Shown here: positions 1-10,794 of the stretch, one piece after another | Layout of the letters: every line of letters starts with the position of its first letter | How positions within the stretch are numbered: position 1 is the first letter of the stretch | Source: Takakia lepidozioides | Lineage: Eukaryota > Plantae > Bryophyta | Reading direction: 5' to 3' | NCBI GenBank assembly: GCA_030704615.1 | Contig: CM060734.1 | Location: forward strand, 35,774,001 to 35,838,000 | DNA length: 64,000 nucleotides | Notes under the pieces: generated by a model | Told to the model about the DNA's origin: nothing | Database searches by the model: none | What the model saw: only the letters and a program-made list of their open reading frames with translations | Made by a program: the position numbers and the translations under genes

Positions 1-699
1 CGCTGATTCGACAATTAATTTTTCAGTGCAAACTTGCCGCGGGAGCCACAAAAATTGGCATATGTTTGACAACTGAACTAATTGTATACCTGCCGCATGA
101 CGACAACTCTACAATTCATACGAGCCCAAATGGTACCATTCTCATTCGTAATACTACACTCTGCCTCATGCCGGCAATCGTTTCTCAAACGTCAACTTCT
201 TACCCTAACATTACGTGACATTGTCCATATGGTGCTTCGTATTTTACTACAAAATTGACACATTTGGTCTGCATAGAAGAAGAGACTTCAACTAATATCC
301 GAAATATCTACAGATGCTCTCTAAGTCAAGACTCAGAAATACAAGAAACAAAACCAAGTAAAGGCAAGCGAACCTAACAGTTACTCCTGTTTTTCATGTG
401 AGCCATTCTGTTGTCAACTATGGCTAGGTTGAAACCTCCACCACTCTGGGCAGTTGCACGATCGGGATGCCCAATTTCCGACTTAGCTTGGTAGTTTGCT
501 CTTCAAAAGAAACAGAGGTAGAAAGTTCAATGGCATGCTCTAATTTGGAAAAAAATTCCCTTCGACGAGCGATTCCCCAAATATCAACAGAGCAGTCGTG
601 TCCTCCGATGCAAATTCATGTCTTGGACTTCTTGGACGTTTGCTCGAAGATGTCCTCCTTAGCTTGAACAAAAGTTGTTAATTGCTCTAGATCTTTGGT

Positions 700-1996
700 A
701 CCTTGGTCAATTAAAGACTCAAGTGGAAGCCTAAGAACAGCCTACTGCACCAAAGGCACCTAGCCCTTGTGAATCTTAGCACCATCAGAGAATTTCTGTA
801 CATATTTGAACCCATCATCATAATTGGAAGGGTCTGTGGCAAACAAAAGTAGTGGCCGCCTCAGTTTGGGTGATGTCAGACCGGAGCAGACACCCTCCAA
901 GTGGCTGTATGCCTCAGCTCTTTTATTGGAGTCCTCTTCCATGGCCAACCACGAGAGTTTTAAACCCACTTCGCTGGATTTTATGGTGGTTCCCAGAAGC
1001 CATCTGGAAATATAGCACTGGACTGCTGAGTGCATCCATCACAGCAAAATTTTGACGAAGGGGGCAGGCAGTACCTCGTACAATTTGCTTCCACCGATTC
1101 AGCCGCTTGCTTTATACTGTGAAACGTATGTATCGTTGACTTTGGCAGCATGAGTTCAAAAGCAACCTACTTACCTAACAGACGGCATTCAAAGGGTCCA
1201 CCTCATGCTAGCATAAAGTGAGCCAGCTGCTCAAACTATTAACCTCTCTTCGCTACTTGCTCCATCCGGCCATTTGATTTTATGTAGAATTTCGCAACAT
1301 CTATTGCTTCGTGCATCCCCATAGTCAAACTTAAGAGAGCTGCAACTTGCGATGAAGCAAATCTTAGACACACTCTGATGTACTTCTGTAGACACTTCTT
1401 CTCTGGGCCGCTTGAATTAATTCCTAGGGAGGTCCTCAGGATCGGGAACTATCCAGTGGAAGATTTTATCACTATCCGGAGGAAATTATCCACTAGTTCT
1501 AACATGAAGCATATGGCTCTTGATTGAGGACGTGTTCATTGCATCACGCAAGTTCATCTTCAATTCTTCAATATTGTTGCCCAAAACTTGCTCGTAAAGC
1601 ACTGTGCGTGCAATTCCACCTGCAAGAGCAAACCACTCCCCAATTCTGGATACCTCTAACTTGCTAAAGCATGTTACGGCTTCAATACATTTCTCTAGCT
1701 CCTCTAGTTCAAAGAGGGGCATGTATAACACAAGGGTGTCAGAATACTTCCGTTGAAGTTAAAGAGTTGCTTGTGTGCACTGCCAAAAACCAACTGCAAT
1801 TTACATTGGCACAGTCCTAGAGAGATGTTTGGAATGCACCTCAAGCATGTAGATGAAACGTGGCCTCGCTTCCGGGGATCCTGCTGAGGGCAACCTTCAA
1901 TCCAGAACAATCACTTTCTCGTCAATTAAGAATTTTGCCACCATCGGTGCAGCAAGGTGTGACTTACCAATTCCAGGGGTGCCCGTGAGTAAAGTT
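700..1996 (-). pseudogene. Crinkler (CRN/CR)-like NTPase + restriction-endonuclease-fold gene, 3' part (disrupted)
   Basis: Minus-strand translation from 1996 gives LLTGTPGIGKSHLAAPMVAKFLIDEKVIVLD (Walker A). Further on come LYMPLFELEELEKC...AGGIARTVL, FEQLAHFMLA.GG and PLRQNFAVMDAL...YFQMASGNHHKI. This is the motif order of CRN/RHS-type NTPase+REase proteins. Multiple stops and frameshifts; left boundary approximate. Confidence 0.75.
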
Positions 1997-2114
1997 TGTT
2001 AGAGGGCTGCTTGGGACTTAGACGCTTTTACGGGTTCTGTGGGGTACCCTTAATTTTTGCGCAGACTGAGACCAACATGAGCCTTAGGGGTGACAGCAGC
2101 AGGCTTTAGGGGGG

Positions 2115-2306
2115 TTACACAGCCCGACACAGTCCGACACAGCCGACACAGCCGGCCACAGCTTCGCACAGCCGACACAGCCCAACACAGCCAGTCACAG
2201 CCGACACAGCCGGCCACAGCTTCGCACAGCCAACACAGCCCGACACAGCCGCCACAGCTTCGCACAGCCCTACACAGCCCGACACAGCCAGTCACAGCCC
2301 GCCACA
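2115..2306 (+). repeat. Degenerate ~10-bp (CACAGCC)-core minisatellite in the LTR
   Basis: Tandem acacagcc/cacagctt units. A counterpart with a different unit count lies in the 3' LTR (~25333-25580), and a related array lies internally at ~14640-14850. Confidence 0.9.
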
Positions 2307-2764
2307 CACTACAACAGATTGCGGCTTTTACGACTCCCATGGATGCGCAGTCATGACAGATTTGTGGCAGAAATGCCATTTGCAGTCGTAAAATGCTTTT
2401 GAAGTCATAATGCAGGTCTGGGGAAGGCGTATATGCGACTGCATGGCTCCGGACTCTGCGGAACACAGGTCAAACATGTTTGACCACGAATATTGGCATG
2501 GCAGATATGACTACCAGTCACGGTCATGGCTACACTAGAATGACGTGTGTATATTGCTAGAAAGACATATGACTTCATGACTCTCACTCTAATGCATTCT
2601 GCCAGATCATCACATGGATGAATCACTACATGACTGCACATGTCAACACATGCTTTTCTGGTTATATATATAATATATGAGTATTTATATTTTGAAAAAA
2701 CGGAGACTCTGACCACTAGAATCAATTTTAAAAAAAACAAAATGCAAATTTTTTTTTAAAAAAA

Positions 2765-2981
2765 CACATCGGCTGGTAAGTGCACAGTGTGTCGCCCTGG
2801 TGGTTTAGGGTTCAAACCTGCTGCCTTATCCCGTGTGTGGGATTGTTCGTGACAGTATGTCTGGGCGTTGATCGTCATGTACGTCTTATGGCCCATAAAT
2901 GAGCGGGTGAATTTTCCCCCCTCCTCAAGGACCTATGGTTTCCTTTAAGAAAAAATAAAAAAAATAAAAAAAATAAAAAAT
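2765..2981 (+). mobile_element. tRNA-derived SINE-like element inside the CACTA
   Basis: B-box-like GGGTTCAAACC at ~2808 and an A-rich tail (AAAAAAAT)n at 2950-2980. A diverged homologous copy lies on the minus strand at ~63030-63236. Confidence 0.6.
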
Positions 2982-3299
2982 CAAAGAGGGGCTTTTAGGG
3001 TTTACAAAAAGGTTAAAAAACTTAAAAAGTTGCCCATCACGGTAGCGTGAACAAACTTAGAGCGAGCGGGAGGGAGAGAGAGAGAGAGGGTTGGGACTTA
3101 GAGCGAGCGAGCGGGAGAGAGGGCAAACATGCATGGGAGGCCCGCAGTTGGATCAACCTTCGCATTTGGAGCAAGCAACCCTAGAAACGCTACGGTATGT
3201 GTGCGAGGAGGTTTCGGCTGGGAGCCCGCCGTTCTTGGGAGAGTCAGCTTCGTCTTAGCAGGCCGTGTTTCAATCTCTACCCGCTCGGCCCTGATTTTA

Positions 3300-4380
3300 C
3301 AGCACGGAGCAGAGCTGGCATGAGTTTCTAAAAGATCCTTCACGATGGTGGGACAACCGCAATCGCAAGGTGTGGCTTTTTCTTAATGTACGATGTGAAG
3401 AAGTTTGTCCATCCTGCAAATCTAGGTTGTTGGCTCCTGTTAGTACCATGATTTGGTATTCTTCCTGATGTTTACAAGGTTCTTGGGAGAGTTAGCTTGG
3501 TCTTAGCAGGCCGTGTTTCAATCTTTGCCCACTCAGCTGCACCGTGGTGGTTCTCACTGACCAATCCGACATTACCTGACTACAGAAACAAGCAGCACAC
3601 TGAAGAGGTCCTCTTGGGTTCATGGTCAGTCAAATCCTCCATGGGCCATGACACGAGGTCGAGGACAATGTGGTGAGGGCACCTTCTTCTTCGACCTATT
3701 TCAACTTGTTTTGCCCTCTCATCAAACTCGGCCCTTCATTTGCAGCACGGAGCAGAGTTGGCATGAGATTTTTAAAGATCCTTCACGATGGTGCGACAAC
3801 CGCAATGGCAAGGTGTGGCTTTTCCTTAATGTACGATGTGAAGAAGTTTGTCCATCCTGCAAATGTGGGCTGTTGGCTCCTGTTAGTACCATGATTTGGT
3901 ATTCTTCCTGATGTTTCAAGGTTCTTGGGAGAGTCAGCTTGGTCTTCGCAGGCCGTGTTTCAATCTCTGCCTGCTCATCTGCACCGTGCTGGTTCTCACA
4001 GACCAATCCGACATTACCTGACTACAAGACACAAGCAGCACACACAAGAGGTCCTTTTGGGTTGATGGTCGGTCAAATCCTCTATGGGTTCTTCTTCGAC
4101 CTATTTTCAGCCTGTTTTGCCCTCTCATCAGACTCGGCCTTGAGATGCATATTGAATTATGTAAGTTAGCTCGTTGCTCATTGATAAGTAGGGTTGGGGG
4201 TGTTTGCTGGAATGATTGTTGTATGCATGATTTTGTGCAGAGGCATAGATAGCTGAAGGAGCAGGGATAGAGTGTGGAAGAGGGCCAAATTTCAAGCTCC
4301 AGATTATCTATGATTCCCTGTGGAAGGATAGATACAAGAAACCTGCATGGGTAGATGGTCAATTGGAAGCCGCAGCACAA
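3300..4380 (+). pseudogene. Duplicated fragments of an OSB-type PDF-motif gene (exons + introns)
   Basis: Translations SWHE.FKDPSRWWDNRNRK|intron|TNPTLPDY..., repeated as a ~420-bp tandem duplication. They match the WWDNR..K.P..PDFKH..LW (PDF) motif of plant organellar ssDNA-binding proteins. Confidence 0.7.
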
Positions 4381-4579
4381 TTGATACAATCAAGCACTGC
4401 TAATGAAGGCACCTTCTGAAACACATTTCACCCTATATTCCCCTCTTATCAGAATCGGCCCTAAATTTTCATGTTCAATTCTGCAAGTTAGCTGGTTGAG
4501 TGAATTTAGTTGGAGTGACTTTGACATGATACTGCCAATGTGACAAGAGTATGCATTGAACCCATTGGTAGCGGGATAT

Positions 4580-5600
4580 TGGGATATCTCTTGGCCATGT
4601 GCCATCGTCAAAGCTGAAACTGTACTAGTTGTCATTCTGACCACTGCCCTAGTGGACATGTATGCCAAATGTGGGTGTAGCAAGCCTGATGCAAAGGGAG
4701 AGTTCGACAACATGGCTAAATGAGATGTGGTGTTGTGGACTGCCATGATTGTAAGGTGTGTGTAGCATAGGTGTGGGAGTAAGGCTTTGGAAACCTAAGA
4801 ACAAATGATGTGGGAAAGGATGAAGCCAAACCAGGTCATGTTCATTTGTGTTTGTTAATATGCATATGCGAGCCTAGCAGCCCTAGGAAGGGGCCAAGAG
4901 GTTCATGGTGACATCATCAAAGCTGGAATTGTATCTGATGTCATTCTGAACATTCCCCTGGTGTACATGTATGTCAAATGCGAGCCTAGTAGCCCTGGAA
5001 AGGACGCAAAGGTCCATTATCAAATCTGGAATTGTACCACTAGATGTCACTCTAAACACTGCCTTGGTGGATATGTATGTCAAATGCACGCCTGGCAGCC
5101 CTGAAAAAGGGTACAGAGGTCCACGGTGATATTGTCAAAGCTGGTATTGTATTTGATGTGATTCTGAACGTTGCCGTAGTGGACATGTATGCCAAGGTTG
5201 CAGGGTGCAACTACAAGGATACATGGTTGTTTTGATAATATGGCTGAATGAGATGTGGTACCAGCCTAGCCCATAATTGCACTTACCTAGAGTAGGCAAT
5301 GAGTGAAGACGGGGTTTGTGATGTTGATCGTCCAAGCTGGAATTAAACAAATGTTGTTCTGAACTATGCCCTTGTGGACTTGTATGCCAAATTGGGGTGC
5401 ATGGAGGATGATGATCCCAGGATATGCACAACAGCGGCACGGGATGGAGGCCCTTTGGAGAGGTCTATGAGCAAGTGGTGTGGGAAGGGATACTGCAGCG
5501 CAACCCATCGCGTTTGTTACATTTGCAACATGTGTGCAAGCCTGGCAACCCTGCAAAATAGCAAAGAGGTTCGTGGTGGAATTGTACTAGATGTCGATCT
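4580..5600 (+). pseudogene. PLS-class PPR gene fragments (degenerate)
   Basis: TALVDMYAKCG, DVVLWTAMI, MKPNQVMF and SLAALGRGQEVHGDIIKAGIVSDV-type repeats, with stops and frameshifts. Confidence 0.85.
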
Positions 5601-5619
5601 GAACTTTGACATGATGCCA

Positions 5620-6640
5620 ATGTGACAACAGGAAAGTATCCAGAAACAGGTCACAGAGACGAGGAGAAGTTGTGGAATGGTGGGACAACCGAGGGAAAAA
5701 GGTTAATGCCTGTTAGATTATAGAGGGCAGACGCAATTCAGCATAGGAACTAGTGTGATAAGCTGAGTTGGGTGTTTCCTAGAACAAATGTAGGCTGTCA
5801 TTATCAGCTGCAAGGCAAGGAAGTATGCATGATTTGTGCAGAAGCAGTGATAGCTGAAAGAGCAGGGATAGAGTATGGGTCCAGATTCATCCAAGAGGGC
5901 CAGATTTCAAGCACATGATTACCTATGATTACCTGTGGATTTAGCTATAAGAAACCTGCATGGGTAGATGGTGAACTGGAAGCCGCAGGAGTAGCAGCAC
6001 AATTGATAAAATCAAGCACTGCTAATAAAGGCACCTTCTTCAACACATTTCACCCTGTTTTTCCCTCTTATCAGAACCAGCCCTAAATTTCAATGTCTGC
6101 AAGTTAGCTGGTTGAGTGAATCTAGTTTGGAGTGACTTTGACATGATATTGCCAATGTGACAACAAGAAAGTATCGAAAAACAGTTAACGGAGATGAGGG
6201 GAAGCTGTGGAATGAATACTTTTCTGACCCCAGTCAATGGTGGGACAACCGAGGCAAAAAGGTAAATGCCTGTTGGATTACAGAGAGTAACAGATGCAAT
6301 TGAGAATAGGAACTAGTGTGGTAAGTTGAATTGGGTGTTTGCTGGAACAAATGTAGGCTGTCATTGTCAGCTGCTAACAGCAATACAAGGATATATGCAT
6401 GATCTATGCAGAGGCATGGATAGCTGAAGGAGCAGGGATAGAGTGTGGGTCCAGATCATCCAAGAAAGCCGGATTTCAAGCTCCAGATTACCGATGATTC
6501 CCTGTGGAAGGATAGCTACAAGAAACCTGCATGGGTAGATGGTCATGGGTAGATGGTAGATAGTTTGGAGTGACTTTGATATGATATTGCCAAAGTGACA
6601 ATAAAAAAGTATCCATAAACAGGTAACAGTAGCAGATGCA
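5620..6640 (+). pseudogene. Further duplicated PDF-motif exon/intron fragments
   Basis: KLWNEYFSDPSQWWDNRGKK|gt intron and QIHPRGPDFKHMITYDYLW...KPAWVDGELE, present about twice. Confidence 0.75.
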
Positions 6641-7797
6641 ATTCAGCACAGGCACTAAGGCAAACTCTCCTTCCCCGTAAGGGTGTGTTTTGGTATCTGA
6701 GCGAATAAATATTTTATCTAAGAATATAATTTCAAAAATTCGTTATTTAATAATGTGCCACTGTCCCATGTTGGTCAGTAATAATAATTATAATAACAAA
6801 TAATTATAATAATTATTTTAGTAATTATAATAACAATAAAGTAAATCTACAACCCCCAACAGCGACGCGTGTCAATTGACATGATGAACCACGTGTCAAA
6901 ATCACGATGCGACACATGTTGACGTCTGATTCCCTCCTCTGCAGTCGGATGGCGTCGCAGTCTGACACGTGGCGTGTTTTGTAGAGAGCACGTGTCTCTA
7001 TTACACAACGGCTGACATGGACCCGTTCAGTCATTCAGTAATGCCAGCGTCTATGACTACCCCCACAGCTCCTCTGGCGCCACGTGACAGCCAGCCTGGA
7101 GAGCCATATCTGCCATGTCACAACTGACTAGGTCTTTACGTCTGCAGAGTCAGGAAGTCGTAAATGGCTTCCATGACTGCATTTGCAGTCATAACACAGA
7201 GACGTAAAAGCCGCAATTTGTTGTAGTGACAGCCTGATACAACCAGTCACAGCTCGGCACAGCTGGGGGACAGTTATCATTGGCAGGGAACGACTGTGGG
7301 GGAACGACATCTGAAAAAGGAACGTGTACTACAGGGATGACGGTTAGTTAGGAAAGCGGTTAGAACAGCTTGTAGGTAGATAAAGCCAAGAGCGGGGACG
7401 TCTGGGGGATCACTTCTGGGGGGACTTCTGGCATCACGGCTGGGAGATCAGGCGGGGAGCGCATCTCTGAGCGAAAAGATGGAGAGCACGAAGTAGGAGG
7501 AGAGACGATCTGTTGATGCTTGATGAATGCAAGCTGTAGAGTTGTAATGTAGAGCAGTTTAGAGACGCCATGGCTTCAGCCTGATACTTCATAGAAATTA
7601 ATCTGATACATACTTCATACTCACACTATGTAGAGAGACTTGAGTGAAGCTGTGGAATGGATGGATGAGTTGATGGAACCTGATAGATTGCTGAAGCAAT
7701 CTGATACTTAAATTGCCAACAGTAAGGTAACTTGCTAACATGAATACGGGAAGGAATACAAATAGGAAACACCCCCATGATACACTAGTTGTAGGTC

Positions 7798-8493
7798 ATG
7801 ACTGATTGTTCTGAGCGGGCTGAGTGCTTAGAGATTTCCAACTCTTCTATCTTGGAGTTCCCACCTCGGATAGCGAAGGGATGGGTGAGTAAAAGCCGCT
7901 CGACATTTGGCGACCATACTGGGGAACTGGGTCATGAACAACCAGATGTGACAGGCATCTGGTGGGATCATGGTGGTTGGAGAATTAAAGAATTTGATGT
8001 GAATCAAATTCCCTGTGAAACCGAGAAGGAAAGATTGTCCAAACGATTCTTTCAGAGGTTCTTGGAATTGCTAGACGGTTGTAAAGAAAACATTCTTAAA
8101 AGAGTGCATGATGTTGACCCTGAGTGGGGTGTGGAGAAAGGAGTGATAAAGATTTATCAGGTGGCCTGTAGAGGAAGAGCACGTTGGTTACCAACACTGG
8201 TTTATGTGATAGCATTGCTATCCATTAAGCGAGTAGAGTTTGAAGGCTGGGAGGAAAGAAAGGTGAATGTTTATACTCATATGCATGAAGAGCTTGTACT
8301 GGTAAAGAATTGGATTCCAAAGGATATTCTGTGGATCAAACTCACACCAAGAACAACTTTCCAGACTTGTTTGTCATATGGTTATATGGTAACGGAGACT
8401 TCAAGTATAGCCAAGGGTGCATTGAAGCTTGAAAGAAACCCAGGCATATACGAGAGATATTACAGAAGAGAGTTTTGGTTATTGCCACATTAA
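7798..8493 (+). CDS. Extra ORF upstream of gag (231 aa, unknown function)
   Basis: Uninterrupted ORF starting in the LTR, crossing the PBS and ending 21 nt before the gag ATG. Confidence 0.5.
   Translation: MTDCSERAECLEISNSSILEFPPRIAKGWVSKSRSTFGDHTGELGHEQPDVTGIWWDHGGWRIKEFDVNQIPCETEKERLSKRFFQRFLELLDGCKENILKRVHDVDPEWGVEKGVIKIYQVACRGRARWLPTLVYVIALLSIKRVEFEGWEERKVNVYTHMHEELVLVKNWIPKDILWIKLTPRTTFQTCLSYGYMVTETSSIAKGALKLERNPGIYERYYRREFWLLPH
7908..7925 (+). other. Primer-binding site, probably tRNA-Arg
   Basis: TGGCGACCATACTGGGGA lies 2 nt after the LTR end and resembles the complement of plant tRNA-Arg 3' ends. Confidence 0.7.
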
Positions 8494-8514
8494 AAGAAAT
8501 GAAAGACATGAGAC

Positions 8515-10580
8515 ATGAGTGATGAAAGAAAAGCTAGACTCCAGAGATATTCAGCAAAAAAAGAAAGTTATCTGAAAGCTAATTATCCATATATTTGGGA
8601 GAGAGGAATAGACATAGGGGAATCATCTGGACCTCTCACACCATTAAAATCAGAGAGTACATCACCCATACCGGAAGAACTAGAGTTGGATGCCACTCCT
8701 TCTTTTTCTTTGCAAGAAAGATTAAGGGAATTGGTACGGGAAGAAGATCAATCACGAGGTAAAAGATCTGAGGTACATCCCTGGATAAAAGATTTGACAG
8801 AAATCTTTGATAAGAGTTGGCATGGAACACCAAAAGCAGGAACTCCAGTTTCTGAAACGGAAGGTGAAGAAGGAGGAGAGGATGTGGCAGAGCCAACGGA
8901 GAGTTCAGACTCTCCAACACCATTACAATTGAGTCACATGAGTGAAGAAGAAACCCAAGGGCAGAACTTGGAGGATGAAAACAGAGAGAAGAAATTGGAA
9001 GAGAAAGAGTATGAAGAAGTAGACCCAACAACTGAGGTTGAGACTACAACCAGGACATCCCAACCCGTTGGACCTGGATCAAGTGGAGCACTTGGATCAC
9101 AGGCCAACGAAGGTGTCGGCTCAGGGGGATCAGGCGGGCAGCCTGGATCTAGCTCTGGGGGGACATGGAGTGTGGGAAGTAATGCAACTGGAGCTGGGAA
9201 TACTGTGAATATCGTGGGGCCAGTAGCAGGAAGTGCTCAGGGGCCACAACTGGGTGGAAGAACCACCACAACTACAACAGGTCCTCAAGGACCAGCACCA
9301 GCAAAGGGGCCAGCATCTGTCAGTGGGCAGAAGGTAGGGCCACAGATGGCATTACAACCAACACGGGCAAAACCACATTTTCCAATATATTCAGGAAAAA
9401 GAGGATCCCGATGTACACATTAGCCAATTTGAGCACATGTGTATAGTGAACAATGAGAATGGCGATGATGCCAAGATGAGATTGTTTCCTTGTTCACTTA
9501 TCAAGAAAGCAAGTGAATGGTATGCAAGATTCCCTGATAATCATTTCCTAACTGGAATGGCTTGAATACAGCATTCCGAAATAGGTTAGGACAAGTAAAA
9601 CTGAGGATGAAGTGTATGGAAGTTTACAACAGTTAAAGCAAAAGAAGCATGAAACTGTTGAGGAGTATATGGAAAAATGGAATTGATGATGAAAAAGCTG
9701 GCTGCTGTACCAGCACCAGGTTTACAGAAGACTTGGTTTGTGAGTGGACTAAGACCAGAGTTGCAAAAGAAAGTGGATATGTTACCCCATAATACAGTGG
9801 AGGAGGCATTTGAAACGCAACAGAATTGAGCAATTGGGAATGCTCAGGAGAGAGAAAAGGATGATGAGGACTCTGAGGATGAGTCAGATGAGGAAGAAGA
9901 GCAAGAGCTGAAAAGGAAGAGTAAGAGGAGGAAAGTTGAAGAGGGATAACTATGAGAAAAGATTAGAAGAAATCTTGAAGAAGTATGCCACAGAGGCTGC
10001 AACACATTGGAGGAAGGGTGTTTGGTGTGCAAAGTGCCAGAATGAAGGCCATACCACCACTGAATGCCACATGAAGGAGAAACATTGTACTATCTGTAAG
10101 ATGGATAACCATTCTACTGAGAATTGTTACTACAACAGAAGGACAGCTGCAAGAGAACCTAGGCAAGTAAGGGTGCATCAAGTGCAGCCCCAGCCAAGAA
10201 GAAACAGTGATCAGGACCACTATGGTAGGCCTGGTGGTTATAACAATGGCATGGAAGGGAGAGGTAATTCAAGAGGGAATTACCAAGGAAATTCCAGAGG
10301 CAACTATCAGGGTAATCCAAGGGGGAATTACCAGCCAGGGAATCAGGATTACAGAAATAATCCTAGAGCAGACCAAGGGCGAGGACCCAATGGTGAAGAA
10401 CTGTGTTACTATTGTAATCAGCCAGGACATCGCAAGGCAGCCTGTTCATTCTGGATTAGACACCAGAATGAGATGAGAGCTCCTGTGAATGAGGGCCCAG
10501 TGGTGGCAGCTCACATGGTTAGGCCATGTGTTGTACCAGAAGTAAGTACAATGATAGTAACAGAAGCAAAGCCAAACTAA
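8515..10580 (+). pseudogene. Gypsy gag (frameshifted) with three CCHC zinc knuckles
   Basis: Capsid-like segment (RLFPCSL..KASEWY). Knuckles CAKCQNEGHTTTEC, CTICKMDNHSTENC and CYYCNQPGHRKAAC. RGNYQGN repeats. Confidence 0.85.
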
Positions 10581-10794
10581 TACCTCCAGTAGTTGAGGAA
10601 GATGATGATAATGAAGATGGCAGTGATGTGCCTGAAGATGATGAGGCTTGGAGAGATGAGAAGGAACTGCACAAGGAAGTGGCAGATACCATAAGGGAAA
10701 TGCAGAAGAGTACTGATATTCCTATGGCAGATTCCTCTGATTCTGATGGAGAAGAAGAAGTGAGTGAGGATGAAGGAAGAAAGAAGCTGCAGAC

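Larger units (their letters stand above)
2307..7228. mobile_element. Non-autonomous CACTA (En/Spm) element carrying captured gene fragments (Pack-CACTA)
   Basis: TIRs CACTACAACAGATTGCGGCTTTTACG (2307) and the reverse complement CACTACAACAAATTGCGGCTTTTACG (ends 7228). 3-bp TSD ACA (2304-2306, 7229-7231). The 3' LTR preserves the empty site gccACAgcc. No transposase ORF. Confidence 0.95.
1997..7905 (+). repeat. 5' LTR of the large Gypsy element (split: 1997-2306 and 7229-7905)
   Basis: Both halves align to the uninterrupted 3' LTR. About 14 substitutions and one 14-bp duplication counted by eye over the ~660 bp right half. Confidence 0.93.

Noticed and set aside
2050-2466. Cys-rich or Thr/His-rich ORFs here and at 25274-25639
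   Set aside because: These are translations of the LTR minisatellite, not genes.
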